A stretch of DNA of 64,000 nucleotides from Octopus sinensis (Eukaryota): NCBI RefSeq assembly GCF_006345805.1, contig NC_043023.1:8556001-8620000 (forward strand), read 5' to 3'. Both the position numbers and the translations under genes were made by a program. The notes below the pieces were generated by a model, which was given only the letters and a program-made list of their open reading frames with translations, had not been told where the DNA came from and searched no databases. Shown in pieces: positions 53,720-64,000 of the stretch (the stretch's first letter is position 1; each line of letters opens with the position of its first letter).

Positions 53720-54510
53720 CACGACAAAACAATGTGTACAGCAGGTACAGTAATAAGTACACAAAAAGGGACTAAAATTATCTTAACTTGAACGTTGAAG
53801 GAAGGAAAAAGGAATCAATGCAAACAAGAATTGGCTCGAAGCAACATTCAATTCCAGCTCATGAAAGCTTTCTATAACAATGAATGGACCGTTTTTTTGC
53901 AAAAATATCACATATTTTATGAGATTGCAGTACAGAACGGAGTAAAACCTTTGGCAAAAAAGGAAAAGATATGAATAAAGGTTCATACAGGATAGATATA
54001 AATCTGAACAAGACTTGTATAACTATGTTACAAATGATGTAATACCTTTCCAACTACTGGTCCCTCTTTTGTTTTCGTGCGTGTGTTTGTGTCTGTGTCT
54101 GTGTGTATGTATGAGGTAAGAACACGTCAAAACAATGAGCATAGCAGATACAGACAATGAATACACAAACCGGCCTAAAAATGTCTTAACTTGAACGTTG
54201 AAGGAAAGAATAAGGAATCAACGCAAAAAAGAGTTGGCTCTAAGCAACCTTTCATGAGTCGAGCTTATGAAAGCATTATATAACAATGAGTGGACCGTTT
54301 TTGTTGCAAAAATATCACATTTTATATGAGGCTGTTATATAATTTTGAGTATAAAATTTGGCAAAACAGGAAAAGATAGGAATAAAGGTTCATACATGAT
54401 AGATATAAATCTGAACAAGACTTATATAACAATGTTACAAATGATGTAATACCTTTCCAACTACTGGTCCCATTTTTGCTTTCGTGCGTGTGTTTGTGTG
54501 TGTGTGTGTG
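53720..54510. repeat. Two diverged ~405-bp tandem units
   Basis: tcttaacttgaacgttgaagga at ~53781 and ~54185, with matching downstream text. Confidence 0.8.
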
Positions 54511-54720
54511 AGAGTATTCTGTCGTTTCGAAATACAAGACTTTAGTATGTGGTCTGCTGATCTGACATGCAACAGTTCAGGTGTGGTTCTGTCAGTGCCA
54601 TGCATATTGATCGATCAAGCGTAATAAAACATTTGAAATTATAATACATTACTAGATTTCAGACAAGAAAATTTTAACGTTACCTTAAAAGAAATCTTTA
54701 GCTGGTTGTATCTTCTAGAG

Positions 54721-57074
54721 CAGTGATTCCCAAGGTGGGGCCTGAGAAAATTCAGGTGGGGCGCGGGGCATAGACGTGGGCTGTGAAAATATTTGTACAT
54801 GACGAGCGGTCATCGCGGGCACAACCTTAGATTCCGTCTTTCCTTTGAAGCCTCCACATCGGAAACTCTCGCACCCCAGCGAGACAAAGAAGATCCCGCA
54901 CTGAGCAATAAACTTACTATTCAGATAAGCCAATCAATTGCCTCAATTAGTTTGCCTCAATTAGTCTTTTGTTAGCCCTATTGAAAATGAGCAAACCAAA
55001 CAAGAAGAAGACTCGTCAATACGCGGTGGAGTTTTTGAAGTTTGGATTCATTCCTGATGAGCATGATGAGCGTAAACCGTTTTGCTTATTATGTAATCAG
55101 ACGATGAGCAATGAGTCAATGAAGGCAGGTAGGCTGAAAGCGCACTTAAAGGTAAGACATCCTAATAATTCTAATTTAGATTTGGAATACTTCAAATCAT
55201 TGAAAGAAAAATTTAAAAACCGAACAAAACTCACTTCACTATTTCATGCAAAACAAGCGCCTCATACTCGTGCCCTTGAAGCCAGCTACGAAATCTCCTT
55301 GCTTATAGCAAAACATGGAAAGAATCACACTATTGGAGAGCAACTGATTAAACCTGCTATTTCAATATTCTTAAAAACTATATTACAAAAAGATGATGGA
55401 GATATCAGGACTATGCCACTCAGTAATAACACTGTCTCGAACAGAATAGATGAAATGGGGCAAGATGTTGAAAGCCAGCTCATTGAGAAATTAAAATTGC
55501 GTAAGTTTCATTACAAATGGACGAATCCACAATCCGGGACAGTGAGGCTCTGTTATTGACTTATGTGAGGTATATTGACCACGAGGAGTTTCAGGAAGAG
55601 ATGCTGTTCTGCGAATCGTTTGAAACCACCACAACTGCAAATGATATTTACATCAAAATCAAACATTATTTGGATGCAAACAAAATACCAAAGGAAAACT
55701 TACTGGCATGTGCGGCAGACGGTGCACCTGCCATGATGGGCAAGAATACGGGATGCTTAAAAATGATGAAGGATGAAAATCCAAACATGTTGACTGTCCA
55801 TTGTGTAATACACCGAGAAAACTTGGTTGCCAAGAAATTGTCCCCTGTTCTTAACAAGATTCTTCAAAGTGTGATCAAGTGTGTCAACAGCATTAAAAGA
55901 AATTCTAAATCTGAACGTCTTTTTAAGCAGTTTTGTATAAATCAAAGTGCCGAACATGTTCGATTATTGCTTCATACAGAAGTAAGATGGCTATCAAGTG
56001 GAAACTGCTTAAAGGGGTTCATGGAATTATTTGATCAGATTAACGACTTTCTTAGTGATAAATGTGAAATGAAATTGCTGTCAACAACGGATGGAAAAGC
56101 ATTTGTCAGTTATTTGACAGACATATTTGAGAAACTTGGAAACTTGAATAAACAACTTCAAGGTGCAAACATGACACTTATTGATGCAAAAGCAAAGATT
56201 TTTGGATTTATTACAGCTCTCGAATTATGGAAAAAGAAATTTTCCAAAAGAAATTTCAGTGAACTTTACTGGTTGAGTAAATGTGAAATAACGAATGATG
56301 CTGGCATTGTAATTATTGATCATTTAAATATCTTGATAAAGGATTTCAATGACAGATTTTGCGATTTAAAGGCAATGAATTTTCCTTCTTGGTTAACTCA
56401 ACCGCTTCTGATTAACGTTTCTGATGCTACAATCCAATACCAAGAAGAGTTATCAGAATTACAACATGATGAATCAGTGAAGACTTTGTTTAAATTGAAA
56501 GGTACAAAGATGTGGCTATATGACGAGGTTGAAAGAAAATATCCTAAAATTTCTACATCAGCGAGAGAGCTACTGATTCCTTTCCCTTCGTCTTATTTGG
56601 TCGAATGTGGTTTTAGTGCAGTTGATAATTTGCTCGAAGCCAAGAGAAACCGGCTTGAGATTACAAAACGTGGCGATTTACGACTGAAATTAACAAAGTT
56701 GTCTCCTCAAATTAAAAACTTGTGCTGTATGCATCAGGCACAGGGTTCTCACTAAATTAGTCGAGCTGACCGTCAAATAATTGAACTGAAAAAACGTGTT
56801 TCTTTATTCTTTATAAATTGACATTTTTTAAAAACATGAGAAATCGTAATAATTTTATCGATTTATTGGGTGTTATGCACTTTCAGTGCCTGTTGTTTCA
56901 ATTCTCAAACTATTTTTTTGTATTTTGAATACAATTTTTTAATTTTTGATTTTTTTTCAATTGTAAGTAGGCCCACATGTACTTGTAAATGTGAGTGGAC
57001 ATGGGAAAAGGTGGGGCGTAAAAACTTTTGCTATGAAAAAGTGGGGCGCCGGGATAAAAGGTTGGGAAACACTG
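54721..57074 (+). mobile_element. hAT DNA transposon, Charlie/Buster group, 2354 bp
   Basis: TIRs cagtgattcccaa / ttgggaaacactg (12/13 match) and a perfect 8-bp TSD ttctagag (54713-54720, 57075-57082). NTCTAGAN is the known Charlie/Buster target preference. Confidence 0.95.
54987..56755 (+). CDS. hAT (Buster/Charlie) transposase with a single 1-bp frameshift at ~55506-55508
   Basis: BED-type finger PFCLLC...LKAHLKVRH, then MDEST, CAADGAPAM, CxxH (HCVIH), EVRW, YLVECGFS and C-terminal QAQGSH. Adding one T restores RKFSLQMDEST. Confidence 0.9.
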
Positions 57075-57991
57075 TTCTAGAGCTCTCAGAGGTTACAACT
57101 TCACACTACTCCGTAGAATGGGTTGTTATCATTTACTTAATATTTAGCAATTCATCTCTCTTACACTGACTGCGAAGTCTGTCAGACAATAAAGCTACTC
57201 ATTGTAAGTTTTCTTAGAATTTTATTTATTTATTCACCGCATCAAGTATTTCATTTTATTTTTATATTCTTCTGCACAAACTTTTACTAAATATCTAATC
57301 TACTCTTGTTCATTTATACCATTTTTGAAATCTATTTATCTGCCTAGCAAACACACATTTGGACTGAGACATACAGACAGACAGATAAATAGAAAGATAT
57401 CTGTTTGCTAGTCTCTCTATCTGTATATTCCGACAGTAATTGGTAATTTATTCATTACTACACCAAGCAGCTAAGAGATACCTGAAAAATGATATGCATA
57501 CTTATAGATATATATACATGTATACGTACATACACACACAGATACACAAACATATATATTTATATGCGTGTGTGAATGTGTGTGCGTGTGTGGGTGTGTA
57601 TATACCTATATGTATATACATACATGCATACATACTAGCAATGCATCCCGGCGTTGCCTGGATGTTATGCCCTACAAGTAAATTGTATTATTTGATTCTT
57701 ATGGGCAGAATCGGCACAGCTGATATATAGTTAATGGAATAATGGAAGTTATTGTTTGTTTAATGCTGAAGGGCGAGGGTACAATTTGTATAAAAGTGCC
57801 TTCTATTCTTAAGAAGGATCAGAAACTATGCATTGTTTCATCGTATAAAAGGAGGTTAATACGATTTTGCCCAGAAATCACGTTTTCAATATTTTTTATT
57901 TCCTCCTATCCCCATCGCAATTTATTAATTCGTAATTTTTTTCGTATTTTCTTTTACTATCTACGTAGAAAAATACAGAGATTACGAATCT

Positions 57992-58037
<46 letters not shown>

Positions 58038-58722
58038 TTTTTTATAGCTTACTTTTTCTTAAAGGAACACTCATTGCCACCTCCTCCATCTCGCCTACTC
58101 ATCACCTACCAGCTTTCAAAAATCTAAAATCTCCCAATCTTTCACTCTTCGCTGATGTTACGCGCTGGCGTAGAATTCTACGGAAACTGTAAACTTAAAA
58201 ATACCATACCACCACCAGAAAACCCGACATGCTAGAAACAACAGGTAAACGACACTATTTCTGAAGAAACCTCTCTTTTTTCTAAAAATATAGGGAGTGT
58301 GTAGCTCTTTGAATGTAGTAAGATGATGGGTAAAATTCTTAAAAATTCATACTCTGTTTTTTTCCTCCCAGTATTACCAAGAATAAAACTTTGAAAAAAG
58401 TAAAAAATGAAGTTGTTGTCGAGAGGGAGAAAATTGAAATATTGAGAACGCATTTTGTGGGTGATATCCTAATGCCCTGTGTTGCAATCATAGAAATCGG
58501 AAGAAATTCAAGAAGTAGATGAAACAGGGACAACTGCATGTCTCGTTTCTCTGTCTTTTTCGTTGTTCGGAAAAAAAAGTTCGTTTCTATGTTTTTGTTT
58601 TCGTTTCTCATTGTGTTCAAGGTTTTTTTTATGTCCTGTACAACTATATGCATGCATGTATATATGCATGTATATGTAGGTATGTACATATATGTATGTA
58701 TATATGCATATATTTATATTAT

Positions 58723-58803
<81 letters not shown>

Positions 58804-58901
58804 TATATAGGGGAGAGTTTACGAAAAAAACAAAAGAGGAAGACAGGTAGTGTACAAAACAAACAGATGTATTAGTATAACGCTCAGGAATAGAAAAAGT
58901 G

Positions 58902-58937
58902 TTTTACGTTTCGAGCCTACGCTCTTCTACAGAAAGG
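58902..58937 (-). ncRNA. Degenerate minimal hammerhead motif in a (TA)n-flanked Penelope-like element (58811-58996)
   Basis: Minus strand: ttt-CTGtAGA-a-gagc(gtag)gctc-GAAAC-GTA-aaa. A6 is altered and stem I is only 3 bp. Confidence 0.4.
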
Positions 58938-59240
58938 AACACAGAAAAAAACAAGGAGAGAAAAAATGTGTGTAGTGGCTACCGATCTATCATGGCGATA
59001 TATATATATATATATGTATGTATATATATTTGCATACATATATGCATTTATTAATTGATAAATTTCAGACAAGTGCAAAGCACTAATCTCCTCCTAAGTA
59101 GGACCCTCTTACTTCAATTAACTTGGTTTAGGCCCCATAACGTTTTTCTAAATTGAAGGTGTCCATGACTCTTGTCACAGTCTACGTCATTTTCTTTATC
59201 TATCTATCTATCTATCTGCCTCTCTCTCTCTCTCTATCTC

Positions 59241-59305
<65 letters not shown>

Positions 59306-59308
59306 ATA

Positions 59309-59367
<59 letters not shown>

Positions 59368-59609
59368 GTACGGTAGAGGAGTTGAAAATGCAGAGTTTAT
59401 TGACTTGACCGGTTTCACTTAAAAAAAAAGATTTCCGAAAGTAAGATGTTAGGCTTTGTGTAGCCTTTGTGGTGTTAAGAATTGGTTATCATAGATGTAT
59501 TAAAATACAGTGATGCAGTCTTTGACAATGATAAGAATATGCTAAGAGGGGCTTTGTGTTTAAACATCTTACATAAATGTGTTCAAAATAGGTAGTACAA
59601 TAAATTCAT

Positions 59610-59900
59610 TCCATTAGGTGTGAAGGGTGCCACAAAGACTACATAGAGCAGACTAGTCTTACCCTCAGAGATAGAATGACAGTCAACCGACAACAATTGA
59701 GGGATCCCACCACAAGACAGAAACCACTTAGTGGCCACTTAAATCTATGTGCACAAAATAAGTTCCCCAAATTCCTAGTTTTCCCACTGTACCAATACCC
59801 AGATAGCACCACTGAGCAAAGACAGATAAACAAGGAATATATACCTATTCAAAAATACAGACCACGACTCAACATACTCACATACATCTCAAAAACATAC
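59610..59900 (+). mobile_element. Penelope-like element GIY-YIG endonuclease remnant
   Basis: In-frame IRCEGCHKDYIEQTSLTLRDRMTVNRQQ...SGHLNLC...FLVFPLY...KE...QKYRPRLN. Confidence 0.75.
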
Positions 59901-59980
59901 TTGGACTGCACCCCCATATATATCTATGTATGTATGAATGTATTTATATATATATGTGTATAAATATATGTACACTTATT

Positions 59981-60069
<89 letters not shown>

Positions 60070-60089
60070 GTGTAGGCACACACACACAA

Positions 60090-60126
<37 letters not shown>

Positions 60127-60183
60127 TACATACATATGTATATATATGTATGTATGTGTGTCTTTATATAGGCCACTCCTGCG

Positions 60184-60273
<90 letters not shown>

Positions 60274-61144
60274 CTCTCTCTGTATATCTGGTTGCCAATC
60301 TGATTATCTAATATTTTATCTGTTCTCTCTCTTTTTTTCCCTTTTTGGATCTCTATGTATTTGGCTCTTTACGTCTTCATAGATGGTCTAATTAGCGTAG
60401 TATATCTAAATTAGTGAAGTTTGATAATGCAGCATTAATTAATATTTCGTTTAGAAGCCAGGGTGTGGTCGTGTGGTAAGAAGTTACTTCCCAGCCACAC
60501 GGTGTCGAGTTCAGTCCCACGGCAGTTTTTTGGACAACTCTCTTCTATAGCCCCGGGCATACCAAAGCCTTCGGAGCAGATTTGGTAGACGGAAGCCGAA
60601 ACAAACTAATTGTATGTGTGAGTGTGTGTGTGTATGTATGTCTGTGCGCGTGCTTATGTGTTTCTGCCCTGGCCAGAGCTTGAGAATTGGTGTTGGTGTG
60701 TTTATGGCCCCATAAATTCGAGGTTTGGCAAACATAAACTGTTAGAAGTGCCAGTCTTAATGAAAGTTGTTATGCGGTCGATTCGTTCGTTAAAATGTCT
60801 TTCATGCATGCCCACACATGGCCACAGTCTGATGACTGAATCCAGTCAACGATAAAAGATAATGATAGGGAAAATGTACAAAAATAGCTTGGCTATTCAG
60901 GAGAAATAAACATTGTAAGACAGGTTTATATTATATCTAAATTTATTAGTTTTATAGTTATAGATAAAGCTGAATTTCCGAAAAGTTGTAGTAAGAAACC
61001 AGTTTATTCAGAAGAATTTGAATATTACATTGAAAAGGAAGGCAATAATGAAAGTTACAACTAGAAAATATGGAAAGATTTTAAATTGCGGGAAGATTTT
61101 CAAATGTTGGCATTTCAGCCACTCGTCAGGTACGTAGCCTCGTT

Positions 61145-61573
61145 TAAAATTACATTATAGAGTCTCTTAGTTGCGTAGCGTTGCACCAATAGGCAAAAAT
61201 AAAGCTACATTAGGTGAAAGTATGTTTGATGTGATATTAGGAGAAAATTTAGTGTTTTGAAGCAAAATATGATCAAAGGTGAATCGTGAACCGACAGACA
61301 CACACATTATAGATTATCCGATAAAGTAAATACGTAATTGGTAGCTAGAATATATTTACTGCTGTTGAAATGCGGCATGTTTTTCAGATTTTCTGCGTTT
61401 CAGCCAAGAGTTATGCACTTAGATTTGTTAAAAATTACATTATTACGGATTATACAGTATTTTAGCTCAACAGTATTGTATTATCAATAAAGGTTAAAGG
61501 TATAAATATTGAAAATTGTTTAATGTAATATAAGAAGTAAATTTAGTTTTTTGAAGAAAGTTATATATCTTGA

Positions 61574-61646
<73 letters not shown>

Positions 61647-62137
61647 ATGAGGGTGAAAAATCGATATTAATTTAATAATACCATCAATTTACACCAAGTG
61701 GCTTAGCACAAAAAACTACGGAGAAAATACAAATTTATACATAAATTATTAGAGAGTTATCCACTATGTGGACAACTCTAGTGCTAAAAATAGCTCCGAA
61801 GCAACCACAGAAGATCCGTTTCCAACTAGAATCAACACACATTTAACTGAAGGAAAGTGAAATACAACGAATAAAATAGATTGACTCTATACAATTGTTG
61901 TATTTCACTTTCGTTGTATTTCACTTTCCTTCAGTTAAATGTGTGTTGATTCTAGTTGGAAACGGATCTTCTGTGGTTGCTTCGGAGCTATTTTTAGCAC
62001 TAGAGTTGTCCACATAGTGGATAACTCTCTAATAATTTATGTATAAATTTGTATTTTCTCCGTAGTTTTTTGTGCTAAGCCACTTGGTGTAAATTGATGG
62101 TATTATTAAATTAATATCGATTTTTCACCCTCATTTA

Positions 62138-62200
<63 letters not shown>

Positions 62201-62629
62201 TCAAGATATATAACTTTCTTCAAAAAACTAAATTTACTTCTTATATTACATTAAACAATTTTCAATATTTATACCTTTAACCTTTATTGATAATACAATA
62301 CTGTTGAGCTAAAATACTGTATAATCCGTAATAATGTAATTTTTAACAAATCTAAGTGCATAACTCTTGGCTGAAACGCAGAAAATCTGAAAAACATGCC
62401 GCATTTCAACAGCAGTAAATATATTCTAGCTACCAATTACGTATTTACTTTATCGGATAATCTATAATGTGTGTGTCTGTCGGTTCACGATTCACCTTTG
62501 ATCATATTTTGCTTCAAAACACTAAATTTTCTCCTAATATCACATCAAACATACTTTCACCTAACGTAGCTTTATTTTTGCCTATTGATGCAACGCTACG
62601 CAACTAAGAGACTCTATAATGTAATTTTA
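61145..62629. repeat. Near-perfect ~1.5-kb palindrome (arms 61145-61871 and 61910-62629, 38-bp spacer)
   Basis: The arms are reverse complements with about three differences seen by eye, apart from (TA)n length. Confidence 0.93.
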
Positions 62630-62658
62630 TGTATGTATAAGTATATATATATATATAA

Positions 62659-62715
<57 letters not shown>

Positions 62716-62777
62716 AGTATGTATAAGTATATATATATATATATATATATAGTATATATATATATATATATATATAA

Positions 62778-62823
<46 letters not shown>

Positions 62824-63586
62824 AAGTATATATATATATATATCATCATCATCATCATCGTTTAACGTCCGTTCTCCATGCTAGCATGGGTTGGACGGTT
62901 CGACCGGGGATCTGGGAAGCCAGAAGGTTGCACCAGACTCCAGTCTTATCTGGCAATGTTTCTACAGCTGGATGCCCTTCCTAACGCCAACCACTGAGAG
63001 TGTAGTGGGTGCTTTTTACATGCCACCTGCACAGTTTTACGTGCCACCTATATTATGGAGTATGGCCATTGCACGAAGCTTAATCAATGTTGTTATTGTG
63101 CAATGCCTGTGCAAGAAGATTTTTTTTAAAGTTAGGAAAGGCTGTGCACTGAGTCAATCTCACTCCCTAAGCAACAGCAGCCAAAATCCGGAAAGAAGAA
63201 CAAGTCAACATCATCGGTAACCACTGAGCCGCATGTTTTATGTCGGAGTTATCCCAGTTACCTGAGTTACCTTCTCCTAGAAGGATGCTCTAACAAAGGC
63301 TAAGTGTCCTTCACTCCCAATGGTTTAACCGCGCGATCGGGTATTCAGTCCGATTATTTCTATGTCCTCGCGCATGATACAGCCCTAAAATATTTATTGG
63401 ATGGGCGTTGAATCTCAAGACTTCCTCCGCCCTTTGACGGGTTTTGTTTTTCATCCCGCAGGGTGACCAATAAACACCCTCCTCACCAAGTAAGCTTGGT
63501 GGAGTTGCGGGTTTAGTCACCGACGACCCGACCATGCAACAGGTTGTACTAGGTTACATGTTTCCAGTAGCACTCGAAAGACCCCT

Positions 63587-63650
<64 letters not shown>

Positions 63651-64000
63651 ATTATAGATTATACTGACAATGTAAAAAAGTAAATATGAAATTAGCTGCT
63701 AGAATATATTTTCTGCCTTTGAAATCAAGCAAGTTTTTCAGTTTTTCTGCATTTCAGCTTATGGGCATGCAAGTAAACATGTTTAAAATTACATTATTAC
63801 AGATTATACAGTATTTTAGCTGAACGGTATTGCACTATCAATAAAGGCTAAATGTATAAATATTGAAAATTGTTTAATGTAATATAAGAAGTAAATTTAG
63901 TTTTTTGAAGAAAATTATGAACAAAGGAGACTCTTTGTATATTATAGATTATATTATATATATTGTATATTATATTATATATTATATATTATATTGTATA

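Noticed and set aside
55501-55506. GTAAGT at the hAT frameshift as an intron that repairs the frame
   Set aside because: Splicing here would delete conserved residues before the first catalytic Asp. A 1-bp indel explains the shift.
63550-63590. Minus-strand GAAACATGTA as a hammerhead
   Set aside because: The 5' core and stem I partner are absent.

Overview
AT-rich, microsatellite- and SINE-dense animal genomic DNA. It is most likely an octopod cephalopod (inferred from the repeat families and the zinc-finger style). The left end holds the last two coding exons of a USH1G/ANKS4B (Sans) orthologue on the + strand. The middle (~14.5-53.4 kb) is a tandem cluster of effector-less C2H2 zinc-finger genes on the - strand: three open reading frames (15, 15 and 9-10 fingers), one frameshifted copy, and the flanks of a fifth copy whose gene has been deleted. 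The cluster was built by nested segmental duplications. Several of its junctions fall inside a GG...CC-ended, 8-bp-TSD (Merlin-like) MITE, and the genes exchange individual fingers. Four type I hammerhead ribozyme motifs occur: two with a perfect core at the tip of a long hairpin and two degenerate. The right end has a nearly intact hAT (Charlie/Buster) transposon, Penelope remnants and a ~1.5-kb near-perfect palindrome. All coordinates were read by eye and may be off by a few bases. No database searches were run.
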